A DNA stretch of 64,000 bases from Hydrolagus colliei (GCA_035084275.1 CM068749.1:17422001-17486000); one strand, 5' to 3'; positions 1 to 13,180 are shown, counted from the first letter of the stretch. Numbers and translations: made by a program. The notes: generated from the sequence alone by a model not told the origin.

Positions 1-830
1 AGAGCTGTTCTTTAATTAAAGTCATATTACTTCATGCTCCATTAAGTTATTTGCTTACGGTGCTGGTTTCAACCACTAGATATATGTTAGTCACTTTCAA
101 GGAGTTGTTTTCTCAGTTTTACATTTACTGTTTTCCAAACCAGTATCTTCAGAGAGTGAAGGCTGATTATTAAATAACACTGATGTAAAGTGTAGTGACT
201 GTATTTTGTAGGAAAACATGGCAGCACAATTTGCTCTAGTCACTCTATTCCCAAATACGCCAGAGGTGAATGTGCTTAGCACTGTGTTGTGTATATTTTG
301 TATTTATTTTAACAAATTATTTCAAAAGAAGTCACTGGATTGCCAGCGTTCTGATTGCACTGTATCTGGGGCTTTTTGTTTTAGTTTTGTAGTGTTTGGT
401 ATAGTACAAAGCCTATCATTGTGCTATTTCTGGGAGTACAGAATGCATATCTAATTCTGTGAGATAGCCTTTATTGTTCTCATTATTGCTACAAAGTTGG
501 ACTCACAACAAAATTACATTTGTTTAGCGTCTTTCATGCCAGGAGGATGTACCAAGGCGCTGAACAGTCAGTGTTTCGGAACCGGGATCGGGGAGGGCGG
601 AGGGAAGGGGGACCTGACCAAACTGCAGTCAACAGCTATTTACAATACAATAGCATTGGTTTTCTATTTGTTCTTCAACATTCTGCCAAGCAAATCCCTG
701 TCTGTTCTTCGAGATGATCTCTTGTGTACTTCTGCTGCTTTGCAAAGATGAGTTTTTGCCTGCATCATGTAAAACTGATCAGTTTCAATTTCTGTACCAT
801 TAAAGTGTTCAAACTGTCATCTTACATTAA
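1..830 (+). other. Probable distal 3' UTR and poly(A) region of an upstream gene (HS2ST1 is the usual upstream neighbour of LMO4; identity not confirmed here)
   Basis: U-rich, TE-free sequence with TATTTATTT and TGTA motifs, ending in ...TTTCTGTACCATTAAAGTGTTC (ATTAAA at 799-804), then pyrimidine-rich low-complexity DNA. The gene identity rests on synteny only. Confidence 0.4.
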
Positions 831-1339
831 TACGACTTGTCTCTCTGCTTCTCCATCCATCTATTTACCTGTCTTTTTCCTCGTCTTCGTAGCTTCGCTC
901 CCTGTCTGCCTTCCTGTCTCCTGTCTCTTTTTCCATTTATCTGTATTTCTCCCTACAACAACATTGCCCATAACCTAGTTATACATGAAATAAATCAAAA
1001 GCTCTTTTAAATAGGGTTCAAGCACTCTGTACAATGCGTATGATATATATCATATACATATATATATATATAGTATATATGAGCATCATCACTGAAATCT
1101 CACAGGGGCGGAGGAAGCTATTTCAGGATCTGAACTGACCAATTTCATTTTTTTAAAAACGTATTCATGATTTGACTCTCCCTCCGAGGAGATGATGTTG
1201 GTCTCCTCCCTCTACAGGTTCTTCCTTGGATAACAGGAACATTATCAATTGCGTCCACATGGATGTATTAGTGCTGAATTAGGAAAATTAAGTATTAGTT
1301 GAAAGGGGAGTTCTTTAGGTTGAGACAGTGACTGTCCAG

Positions 1340-1400
1340 CATCTTGGGACGTCCTCCTGACAGGAAAGCCGTGATACAAGTGTAATTTTGTTGTTGTTGA
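1340..1400 (+). mobile_element. SINE/L2-type 3' tail fragment
   Basis: TTGGGACGTCCTCCTGACAGGAAAGCCGTGATACAAGTGTAATTTTGTTGTTG matches the tail seen at 10215, 20490 and 45380. Confidence 0.7.
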
Positions 1401-1596
1401 CATTTCCCTGCACATTCTTTTCCTTTAAATTCACCTTGTGACTTCTTTGATTCATAATCTCAACACACTACTCAAATCTCGGTTTTACAGAATTTGGCCT
1501 GTATTAGAGGCTGTAACTAAATAATCCTTGCATTAGACAGTATATGGAATTGTATCACATTAAAGTATCTCAAAGTGCTTCACAGAGTTTCCTGTA

Positions 1597-1950
1597 CAAC
1601 GACGACTTGCACTTATGTAGAACCCTCCATGCCGGGTAGTGCCTCAGAGTGCTTAGATATTCATGCCTGTGTTGTGACTGTAGTTGTAAGCAAACAGAAC
1701 AGTTTACTTGCACACAGCACTGTCCCACCAACAACCTTGAAGTGAATGACCAATTTTTATGTGGATTGTTGGCTAGAACACCAGAAGAAACGCTCTTCAC
1801 TTTTTGGAAAAGGACCATGGAATCTTTAATGTCCACCTGAATAGGCAGCCAAGTCTTCAGCGTAATGTCTCATCAGAAGGATGCACTTCAGACAATGCAG
1901 GGAACCCTTCAGCGCTGCCTTAGAGTGTCAGCCTAGACTGTGAGCTCTTT
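1597..1950 (-). mobile_element. DeuSINE-superfamily SINE (Deu domain plus L2-like tail)
   Basis: CCATGGAATCTTTAATGTCCACCTGAATAGGCAG...GTCTCATCAGAAGGATG...AGTGTCAGCCTAGA is the reverse complement of the Deu core domain. A homologous copy lies at 19760-20105. Confidence 0.8.
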
Positions 1951-2469
1951 GTTGGTTCAGTTCTCCTTTATTTAGGTTGCATACTGCTGCCTTGTTCTTG
2001 CTCAGCCTGTTAACCTGCACGAGCAAAGGGGAATGGCCCTGCTTGTGTAGCTAACTGTGGGGCCTATCACATTGCATACATAGATACGCTGCACTATGTA
2101 CAGGCTGCTAGCCGATGCCTGGCATATGTGTGCCTCAATGTACATTCAATTGATGGTTGAAAGTGCATCTGGAGAGTAAAATGGCGTGGTTTTGTGTGCA
2201 AAGAATTCTTAAACTGAATTAGTCCAGGCACAAAACCTGCCCCTGAGGTGGGTTTATTTGAACATGACATTAACTGGACACTTGTAATCCAGCGCCTATG
2301 TATCAGACAAGGTCAGCCATCAGATCCAGTCTCCAATTGCCCGAAATAAATGGCCTCTGGATTAGGGCTAGTTGTAGGGTCAGAATGGCTGCTGATGGCA
2401 CATTTTCAGATTTTACAAGTCATTATCTTGCCCTGGAGTAATTGTCTTACACTGACATACAATCGCTAG

Positions 2470-2637
2470 TACAGTTGACGCCAGTTAATGGGGATGTGGT
2501 TTATTCAGACATTCCTTTAATGGGGAAATTTTCTAAAGCACCAATTGTTTCTCAATGTATTTAAATGGTTGCTGATTAGTTCTGCTTCATGGATGTGCAG
2601 CGAATGATTTCATTTCCAATTAAGAAGGCTTCAAGTT
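2470..2637. mobile_element. Possible decayed Tigger/pogo-like MITE
   Basis: Starts TACAGTTGACGCCAGTTAATGGGGA, with an imperfect inverted counterpart TTCCAATTAAGAAGGCTTCAAGTTA at ~2614-2638. Confidence 0.35.
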
Positions 2638-3581
2638 ACTACCCTGCAGCCAGTACATGAGGACCATGTCCGTCCCCTGTTAAGCTCCAGCTCACATACT
2701 GCCTTTTTTACGAAGAGAAATCTTTGTTTTTGTTGTAAATCTTTTCGGGGTAACAAATAAATCTAAAAGTACAGTAAACAACTGCAGAATCTAGGCCACA
2801 GGTCACCTTGGGAATACGGAAGTGACAGAGCTGATTAATAAGATTAAACTGATTGCTTTCCACAAATGAAACCATCACTGCTGTTCGGCTCAATTCCATT
2901 AACTCTTTCTGGATATGATAAAACTTTCGTTTGAGTTGTGCAGCCTAAGTAGCAGGCTCCCGTTGACTGACAAACATATATATGTATTTGGTTTAGTCCA
3001 AGAATTCAAATGATTTGCAAACCCCTGAACCCTCTCCCCTCCCACATATTTTGTGTTATCTTTTCTCTGCTTTAATAAGTCTGTGACGATGACTATTTGA
3101 CTTTCTGTCTGATTTTATTTACTTCCCTTGTTGTAGGACAGCTTCATCCCAAATAGCACATTAACTCGTCAGAAGTCACTTATATCCCTATTGTACCACT
3201 GGGTGGCACAGCACATCACTATAATAATACACAGCACCACCACAAGTCCTGAACCAAATCATCCTGAAACTCTCAACATCTTCGTGCAGAGCAGCGTCTC
3301 ACACATGGTTACCTTCTTTTTTGCATCAGCAAACTGAGGGAATTAATCTTACATGATCTGGATTGCTTGCAAATAGTGGCCTCTTTCCTGGTGTCTGAAT
3401 TTCACCACATGTTTGTATGGAACCTTGTTCTAATACAGAAACTTTCACTCGATACACCACATTCAGTGCCAAACAACCCACTGCATTCTGTATATTGTAC
3501 TACTGCTCTTTGGAACTCCGTCCCAGTGTAATGTCCTGACGTTTTGAACCTCTACCTGAATATAGTCATTATATTTTACAC

Positions 3582-3765
3582 TAATAATAATCATTGCATT
3601 TGATATAGCACCTTACCACTTCAAAGTGGTTCATGGCATCTCAAAGCATTTCACAGAAGATAATGTGAAATGAGTTGATTGTCTGTTTTCTGGGTGAAAC
3701 ACAGCAACCAATTGTGCATAACAGTGTCCCAGATACATTTGTGGATTGAGAGACCAAATTAAATC
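3582..3765 (-). mobile_element. SINE 3' half
   Basis: (TAA)n tail plus TTGCATTTGATATAGCACC...CTCAAAGCATTTCACAGAA...CAATTGTGCATAACAGTGTCCC; same family as 12865-13180 and 34733-35050. Confidence 0.75.
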
Positions 3766-3766
3766 C

Positions 3767-3838
3767 TGTGAAGTGCTTTGAGATGTCCATCTGACTTGAA
3801 AGGCAATATATCAATTATAAGTATGATTATTATTATTT
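3767..3838 (+). mobile_element. SINE tail in the opposite orientation, abutting the previous copy
   Basis: TGTGAAGTGCTTTGAGATGTCC...TGAAAGGCAATATATCAA...(TTA)n. Confidence 0.6.
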
Positions 3839-6800
3839 TAATGATCGGGGGAAAAAGTTTGTACTACATTGAATGCTATGAAGCAAAATTGTCCAGTCTA
3901 CACTATAGAACATATACCTACGTAACGTCACAATGGGACATCATTAAATTTGCTTGCTGTGTAGACTAAATGTTCTTCAAATCCCTCTGAACAAAACAAA
4001 GGGGCTTTCAGTGATGAAATAGACTGCTGAGGCCACAAAGGTTTGAACAACAATAAATAATTAGTTTCCTCCCTTTTAATCCTTTTCAAATTATAGTTAC
4101 TACTATTTATAATGCATTGAGATAAGAGCATGTTGAGCTGATAATTAAATGTGAATAAAAATGTGCCCATTATGTAAATACCTATCAAACATTTCCTGAA
4201 GTACTTGTTTTCTGAAGGGTTAAGTGGAATCCGTCCTTTCATTCTGCAGTGTGATGATCCTATTGCACACTTGGCTCTCGGAACAAAAAATGCTTTGTTG
4301 CTGAAAATAGAACAACAGTGTTAAATAAAAACCCAACCTTTAGCAAGTCAGTCTGAGTGTGCCAGTGAGGCTTTACAAATGAACATACAATTATGAGAGG
4401 AGAGTTTGGAACACACACAAAAAAAATGAAGTAATGAAAGCAATAGCCCCATAAATACTCTGATTAGAATGGAGACTTCAGCTGTCAGCACTTTCTTTTT
4501 CCTACAACAATCTTAGTGTGAAGAGAAAGTGCATTATGTTGCCATCCTTCTTGAAATATGCACATAATATCCCTTTCCCTCCCTTCACTCGAGCATGTGT
4601 TTCTCTGCAAGAAAGGGGCTCAAGAGTGTTATAATTAAGAGCACCTGTTTCCTTTAGCAGGATCTTAGTTGCTCGAGAGGAACTCAGTCATCAAAGAAAC
4701 CACCTCGAAGTTTATTGAATGGCTCTTTGTTTCAAACTATTACACTGTGCTGTAAAAGTGTTTGATATTTAAGTCTCTCTTGCAGTGGACCGTCATGCCA
4801 GGTGCAGGGATGCCAGTGTGATCACATTCCCGTATAGTCACCAGGGTCCTAGTGAGTGGTGGTGCACTTGATCTGAGGCCAGGTTGATTTCCTGTCTGAC
4901 TCTTTGTTGGCCTGAGATGTCCTATCTTCTTAATGGTACAACAATTTCCTGAAACTGTTCTTGGCTACTATGAGTCTAGAGCAGTATATTTCTTATTAAT
5001 GTGTGAAGTGAAAGGGCAGAACGTTTAGTATAAAGCATTCCTTTATACTGAAGCATTTAGGTAACGTAACAAACCGTGAAGAAATTCGCCTGATAGCGGA
5101 TATTTCTGTTTGAATTCCTCTTTCCTCTCTCTCTCTCTCTCTCCCTCGCCCTTGAATTCATGCCCCTTTCAGGCTTCGCACAGCTGGAATATACTCTGTT
5201 GATGTCAGTGCCTCCAGTGGAAATTCTACAAAATCACCATCTGGGCCATTGCTGGCTGCCAATGGGGGAGGGAGCATCAGACCTTTGTACAACTGGGAGA
5301 CTGAGAAAAGAAATAGACGAATTGAGATGGAGACTGTATAAATACAAACAGTGTAAAAAGAGAAGGGGACGGTAACAAAATGACTAAGCAGGTAACGATG
5401 TCTAGAAAGAGATCAAAATGAAGAGCGAAAGAATGGGCCAGGAAATGGAGAAAGTGTTTATAACATAGTATAGATTGGGATCAAGGATACTTGCAGATCG
5501 AAAAGAGTTCCTAACCTCAGCCACACTGGTGTAGAGATATTTAAATAGCACCTTTCACATTCGAAGGATGTCCAAAGGCCCTGGAAAGTTGAGGGTTTGC
5601 ACTCGAGCTTGAAGTTTCGTTTCAGGTGGGGTAAGGACTAAGAGAGGTGGGGTGGGATGATGAGGTGGAAGAGGAAGGTCTTGAAGAATGTGCAGGAAGG
5701 GACATTAGTTATTTGGGGCTTATGTGCAATAGACTGCAAAATTCTAACATGCGTGTAATCCAGTAGTTTGGAATTCTAATAGATGTGTAACAGATTGCAA
5801 TTCGAACATACGTGGAGAAGATGTTTTTAAGTGAATATGGAAACCCGATACTGTAATAGGACTGTGCGGTAAGTATGATGGGGGGTTTTTGTGTGTGGTT
5901 GAAGCTGACTACTGAACCTTTAGCTCGAGCTGAATAGTCAATTATTGAAATCATTAATAAGAAGAGTCAGACAAAGGAAGTGTGACACTCCTGAGCTCAT
6001 GGGGAGCTCGTGCTAACTGGCTGCATTTCCTGGCTAACTGTGGCTCACTCCTCACTGCTGTTTCCAAGCAGATATTTTCCACATCATTAGGCACATATCC
6101 GGGTCTTTCAAAACTAATGAATTCATCACAAACACAAATGCTTCACTGTTCTTGACTGGTTGAGTACAGTAAGTAAGTATTTAATGACAGTCGTTCCTGC
6201 AGATATATCAAAACAAATTATATATCAATGCAGCAGGCACTCTTTTTTTTACAGAATGGCACTAGGCCAGGTCTGACGCAAATAAGATTGACTTTATGTT
6301 CAACTTGGCTGTAATTTATCTTCTTTAGTTTTGATTTATAATGATGCAAATGCTGAATGCAAATGATGAAAAAAATACACCTTCCAATTTTGTACATTAC
6401 TGAAGCTGTTTTGCTTCTAATTAAATTGAATGGGTGGGGTGGGGGATAAAATTTGTGGGTGAAAACATAATAAGAAGGTATAATTCAGTTACGAAATACA
6501 ATTTTAATTCTCCAGTTTAATATCCTTTCTCATATTAAAATAAACAATAAGCATGCATTGTGTGCAGCAGAACTATCAACACTGGAATTGCATCATTAAC
6601 AAAAGTTAGTTAAATAAAAAAATGACAGGCCCAGATCCAAATATGAATACAACCAGGAAAACTAACTTAATTTCATTGAAATAGTACACGCACACTTCAA
6701 ATATTGTAGCTACTAAAGTTGATCATTGTAAAATTTATTTCAATGCCCTCTCTGTTTGTCTCTAATTTTAAGTTAGATTTGAGTCTTTCGCTCTCTCTGT

Positions 6801-7199
6801 TCCTCTAGAAATATAGATTATTTTCCTGGGCTGGATAATGATCCTTATTCAATTCCTATTCACTAACCAAAGCAATACCAATCCTTGAATCCTTGAATCC
6901 TTGAATAATACTTTCTAGCAGCTTGTACTTGGGTTCAGTGGTGTGTTGCGGAGTTGCTGGACTTCATTTGACGCTAACAGATGGCAGAATTCAACAGCCG
7001 GAATAGAAAATATAAGCGTTTAGTTGAGATGACATGTCCCTGAGTGGCAGACATGTATAGTACAAGTGCAACCTGAAGTTCAGCACTAAGGATAAAGCAA
7101 CACCAGTGGTGGAGAGTGAAAGAAACACAACTAAAGTCTTTTTATACTGACCAGGTATCCCATGGACTCAACATTATTTGAACATTACATTATACCATA

Positions 7200-7300
7200 T
7201 ATTCTGTGAAGTGATTTGAGACATCAACTCTAGAATCTAATAGACGTGAAAAGTGCTATTTCAAATGCAAGGAATATTAATTAATTAATTAATTAATTAA
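7200..7300 (+). mobile_element. SINE tail ending in a (TTAA)n microsatellite
   Basis: TTCTGTGAAGTGATTTGAGAC...GACGTGAAAAGTGCTATTTCAAATGCAAGGA followed by (TTAA)n. Confidence 0.65.
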
Positions 7301-8494
7301 GCATTAAATGAAAATAAATCAAGTGTGTACTACAGCCAATTTTGAAGAATATTTACTTTTTAAAAAAAAATTAAGTTCTGATAATTAAAGGTCTGTTGTC
7401 TTAAACATTTGAATGTTATTAAAGAAGGGAGTTTCAATCCCATTCTTTTTTTTTCGCATTGCCACAGCTTTTCTTGGGGTAAAGCCAATGTAATTTTGAA
7501 GCGGGAAATCTAAATGCTACTCCCAAGTCTGAATTATGTTACTGCTGGAATTAATACCCCCGTGGCATGAATCCAACATTAACCAGGTTGTTTGACAAGA
7601 AAACACAAATGTGTTAAAGATTGCTTTACACTAGACCCACCCCCTAAATAAATCATTCGGTTGGCTTTGGGAACAATAGTATCAACTGTAATGCTACATC
7701 TGAATTCTAATTAGTCTGGAATTAGACAAAAAGTGGCATTTTTTTTCTCACAGATCTAGCCGGTTTAAATATATTGCCAACTTTATGGACTAATTTTAAT
7801 TCCGAGTTATATTTGTGAACAAATATCACCCATTTCCAGAAATTCACCACATTGGTGTATGCTGAGATCAGCAGCTAATTAATCCAGGTCACATCTATAC
7901 AATGAACCTCAGAGGCCACAAATGACATTACCATGTAATTCTGTGTCTATCCAGGCTTTTCCATGCATCTCTTTTGTAAGTCTTTGTTCTCCAAAATTCA
8001 ATAATACCCACGAAGAACAGACTAATTACTCACAGGCTGCTCTCCACTGGTGTTAAGAACTTCAAAAAACACAATTTACAACAAAGAGAAGAAGCCCTTT
8101 GTCTGATGTCCAATAAATGATTGCAATCAGCACATTGTTCAAATAAATGTTTCCACCATCATTGGGTGTTTCCATGTAAAAGGGAATGGCATCTTTATGA
8201 TAACTAACCTTGCTAACTACCCTACAGTTTAAATGTTCAGTATTGTATCATGGTGTCATCTCATTTTTTGAGATTGCATTAGTTCATCTTCTGGCATTGG
8301 ACCTCACCAATGCAATGAATATGTGCAAGCAGATGACTGAACAATTGTTCTTTATGGACTTTGTCTGGTGACTCCAATGATCTAATAACATTCCAGAGGT
8401 ACTTAGAATCTAATTTCCAAACAACATAATATAAAATATGTATCATATGTATCAGGATTGGTAAAGCTTTAACTAATGTGAAACTGAACTAGAA

Positions 8495-8700
8495 AGAACA
8501 GAAGGTCCTAGGTTTATATCGCAGGTCTATGCCAAGTTACTTGATTTCATTTGGGAAACAGAAGTGACGCTATTGAACTCAGATTCCTATTTGGGAATAA
8601 AAATTCAGCCAGGGTTCCTGCTCCTGTCGTTATTCAGAGTTGCCTATTGGGAGTTCCCAATGTGTGTTGATGTTGGGTTAGGGGTGGGAACACTGACTGA
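8495..8700 (+). mobile_element. Ancient SINE-like interspersed repeat, family B, copy 1
   Basis: CAGAAGGTCCTAGGTTT...AAAATTCAGCCAGGGTTCCTGCTCCTG is shared with 20560-20840 (+) and 25965-26290 (-). Confidence 0.6.
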
Positions 8701-10214
8701 GTTATCCAATTCTTTATCCAGGGCCTGAGGCCAACTGTTGGCCAGGCGGAGGCCAACTAATTCAACCCAATCAGGATCTAACCAGAGTCTTTCTGGTCAT
8801 TATGAATCCGTTTCTCTATCACTAAACCATTGTAGCTGGTGAATTTCTTTGTCACTCTATACTGGTAATATTAGGAAAGAGAAACCCGAGGGATGGAAAA
8901 TATAAAGTATTTAGATGTTACGAAATATGGAAATGAATGCTATTGCTACATCTATAGTTAGCAATTGTTCTACAATAATGAATTGCTGTGTATGTATCAC
9001 TGATAACTAATGCACCCCAGGCTCACTTGTTGAGTGCTTGCACTAATCTTGAAGTACATTATTCACCTTTAAAGCAAGCTTTTCATTTAATTATTAATAC
9101 TACATAATGCCTCACACTGACAAAGATCAATTGATGAATAAAAGTGATTACATTTCTTTCAGAGATGTGATACATAGCCAGCATCGCACATCTCCCAGTC
9201 AGTCACATTAAGGAAATTAACAATGGCACTATGTAATGATATTTCATTTATAAAGCATTAAAAAACTGATGCCTAGAATCAGTATACATTTTGACAGTGA
9301 TATCTGGTCTGCTAGGACATAGGTTTATTAATTACCGACTGTTTTAACAGAACTGTGGCAAGGCAATTTAAAGCATACACCATAGTTTTGGTGCTTGGTA
9401 ACAGAAAACATCCACCACTGTAATATTACTAATGGCTTGTGATTTGTTGTAGAGTTCAGTTTATACATTAGGACTAATCAGATGCTGCAGCTTTTTTAAT
9501 TTAATTTTCGTATACCATGTGCTGTGAAAGGCATCCACAAGATTTACATTCCTCAGCTGTTGTTTCAAGCAGGGTCCAATATCCTCCCATAATAGAAACT
9601 TGCACAATAAAAATTATCTGAGATCATAAGTCTTGCACCACTACAAATTTTATTAATTCAGCAAGGTTGTATTTCAAGTGGTTTATTATTGAAACATCTG
9701 CAACTAATAGTTTGCTGCTCCAAAGCTGAGGGACCCTGGCCATTTTTTCCCTCGGTAAAGCATAATGAACTCTTGATCAAGTCAAAGGCTGTTTCCAGGT
9801 GCCTACACCATAGGCTGGACTCACATTCTCTTACCATGGAAACAGCAGAGACTTATCAACCTTTCATACCATGTGTTGCGCTTCTGTAGACTGAAGCACA
9901 CGTCTCCTTTATTGTGAGCTGCCCCAAAGCTAGATACTGCAGCTGTTTCTAATGAGTCCGAAGCAAGTCAGACCACATGTGTAGAAATATCATCCTTGGA
10001 TTAGCCTTACAGTGAACAGACTATTAAAATCAGTGAAAAACAAAGGCATGTGCACTGGATAAAACCATGTGCAATGTATATAATGAAGGAAAAATCACTA
10101 ACGGGAGACACATTGTCAGCATTTTCCTCCTTTTGAAGTGAGGTGAAAAAAGGAAAACTTCATAACACAGTTCTAAGTAGCATGGCATTATTTATTACTG
10201 AGTGAGGTGGTCGC

Positions 10215-10272
10215 TCCTTGGGACGTCCTCCCGACGTGAAAAGCGCTCTATAAATGTAATTTTGTTGTTGTA
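10215..10272 (+). mobile_element. SINE/L2-type 3' tail
   Basis: CCTTGGGACGTCCTCCCGACGTGAAAAGCGCTCTATAAATGTAATTTTGTTGTTGT. Confidence 0.75.
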
Positions 10273-11274
10273 TGACGACTGGCCGTTTCGCAATGGGATT
10301 TTCATAGGTTAGAAATCTGGGCCATTGTACTTTACATGCTTAGAACGCAGAATTCAAGGCAAAACAGCACAAGGTAGTTCAGTAGTCAGCTTCCCGAGTG
10401 AGTTATGAGCCTCTCAAAATTTCTGGTGAACTCTAGACATTTTCTGGTTCTGATTTATTCCAATTCTACTGTCTGGAGTTGAGCTGAATTGGAGACAGAA
10501 ACTAACCTACGGTGACTGCGTTTAAGTTTCTGCAGCAAAATACATTTATCGTCAATTTTCATTCCTCAGTGGTATAAGGTATTAAGCTAGTATGGGAATC
10601 TACACATGAATTTTACCTTTGTTCTTATTTTTCTAAAAATCCAACTCCCTTTAGAATAACATTCCCTGCAGGACTCTGTTAAGGGTGAGAAAACTCAATA
10701 TTGTGGTGAGCAAATGCATTGACTGGTGTATTAGTGAGATGTATAAGTGTTCTGTGCTGGGCTGATCAACAATGTAAGTTGATCCTGGATGGCGTGAAAG
10801 CAATGGCACACAGTGTTCCCAGGCTGGTGGACTGTAGAGGTTAAGATTCCTACATCTGATCATTGACCCAGGTGGAGGTGTGTGTGTGACTATAAAAAGA
10901 CAACACAAAAGGACTGGATCATCCTCATTTCTGATGCTCCCATAATGGACAAACTTTGTGTGCGGTCTCAAACATGAAGAGGTGGGCCAATTGTTGTATT
11001 ACTGTACCACAATCTGTGTCCTTCAGGATAAGTGAAGAGCAGATAAAGAACAAAAGACACACAATATCCATTCTTTTAATGGACCTCTTCTTTTACATAT
11101 AAATTGAACTTTGCTGTGCTGCCCTTATGTACAGTATATACATTATAAAATCCTTCATCTTCATGGTACATTTAACTACTGTTACATTTTTCCTTTAATG
11201 TTCTCAGTAACTGACGAACAGATTGCTGCTCAGGTCACCTGTAACTAATTAATCTGTTCAGCTCTATGTATGTA

Positions 11275-11440
11275 AACCCTCTGTATCAAATACCACTCTC
11301 TTCCATCCCTTTGTAATGAATCCCACTGTTTGCTTCCCTTTATATCAAATTCCTCTAATAATCCCTTTGTATTGAATTCCTTTGTTCAATTCAGTTTATA
11401 TCAAATTCCTTTAATAATCCCTTTGTATCAAGTCCCTTTC
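11275..11440. repeat. Degenerate minisatellite (core CCCTTTGTATCAAATTCC)
   Basis: About six diverged units of CCCTTTGTATYRAATTCC with variable spacers. Confidence 0.7.
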
Positions 11441-12864
11441 CTTAGCCCCATTCTTCAACCTGGCACCAGACTCATTCGTTCAATTGAGAGAGAGATAACC
11501 AGAAAGACTGTTTTAGTCAGTCTCTTGATCTTCTCAACATGGTTTGAATTTGATGCCGTAACATCCCATTACTCATTGCATTGAATTTCTTGTTACCTTT
11601 CTTCCGTTAGGCAACTGAAAGTAAAAACACTTAAATCTGAAAGCACGTCATACAGTGCATGTTAAAATGATCTGGTTTTTATTTCAATACTTTATTATAT
11701 CTGTGATTTAGTGTAAAAATATTGGACCTTACATTATTATTAATTATAGAATAAGGAGGCCTTATTTTTCACCTGAAGGATTTCTTTTGAAGAAGTGGCC
11801 TAAGAAAATGTGTGGAAATCTTTTACAATCCAATTATACTGTGGGGGTTTCACTGAGCAAACTCCTTTTCACCTGTTAATCAGTGCATTCTTTCCCCAGC
11901 CACTACTGTTCCACCTGTAAAGGACTGAAAGCGCCTCCTGCATAAAGCTCTTTTGCACTAAAAATGAACATTTGGAAACAAACGAAACAGAAGGAGTTCA
12001 ATGAGGTAAGTTCACCAGCACTGTGACTGCAGTTAAGACCAAGAGACACATTGATCTAATTTGTGGTATTTCTTAATGGGGTTCCTTATAAAGGATCTGG
12101 GGAAACTTTCCCAGGAAGTAAGCTCCCTTAGAGCAGAATTCCTCCAGATTGGCATGACGAATTTCCGGTTAGCAGAGGGAGCCCTACTGGTGTAACCCTA
12201 ATGAAATAATCCTGTAAAGAAATATTGACGATTAGAGCCAAATGTATTCTCAACGTTCCTAGTTTTGTTTCGTAAACATTCAGTAGCGTAAATGTACTTA
12301 GCCATGAAGTATCTGATTCTGAAAACCTTGAAGGAACATTTGGTACGCTTTTAAGACTAATGGATGTAAATTGTTTGCATCTGGAGATGTGAATTTTGAC
12401 AACATAAATATTTATTATCTGCACCTGAAGGCCTCAAAGAAATTATAATTGTCTGCCTGTTTGATTGTAACCCATTTGCTATCTGTTTCCCTTACTTATA
12501 ATTCAGTTTAGTTCAACTACACTGTTTAGGTAGTCCTTAAGTGAAGAAATTTACAAGATTGCAAACTTTCAACTGAATAGAAAAAAGCGATGCATCAGTT
12601 GCGAATTGGATTAGTTTTTTTTAATTGACAAACTTAGCTGCAAAACGCCATCAAGATGAAAACGAGTAAGAAAGAATACAAGATAATTTGGCAATTGTGA
12701 GGCGAGGCTTTTAAATGACTATATATTCGAGGAGCAAAGACTGCGGGAAGTAAATCTATCTGTTCTGGGATGTTAGTTAGAAAATCTGACGATACAAGGA
12801 GTTTGATTTCAAGGTAGAGCTAATTAAAGGAAAAGTTGGGTGTGTTTAGAACTTCAAAGTCACA

Positions 12865-13180
12865 TAATAATAATAATAGTAATATTCTTGCATTTGATAT
12901 AGCACTTTTCACATCTTCTAGGCATCTCAAAGCACTTCACAGAATATACTATCAAGTGAATTGACTATACATTTGTAGGTGAAACGCAGGAGCCAATTGC
13001 GCACAGCAGTGTCCCATAAACAGTCATGGATTGAAATTACCAATTGATTCCGATTTTTTTCTTGAAGGATTATTATCCGGCATGTGGAGTAAGAAAACTT
13101 GCCCAATGTTTCAGCCTGGAATCAAACCCAGGTCTCTCGCTTATAAGACGAATGCTGTATCCACTGAGCTACAGGATTCC
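12865..13180 (-). mobile_element. Near full-length tRNA-derived SINE
   Basis: On the minus strand: A-box (TAGCTCAGTGG), B-box-like GGGTTTGATTCC, then a body and (TTA)n tail homologous to 34733-35050. Confidence 0.85.

Noticed and set aside
7079-7099. REST/NRSE-like sites (also ~16655 and ~60929)
   Set aside because: Left half TCAGCAC matches but the GGACAG right half is poor; expected by chance
11275-11440. CRISPR-like array
   Set aside because: Vertebrate DNA; the repeats are degenerate, the spacers are related to each other, and there are no cas genes
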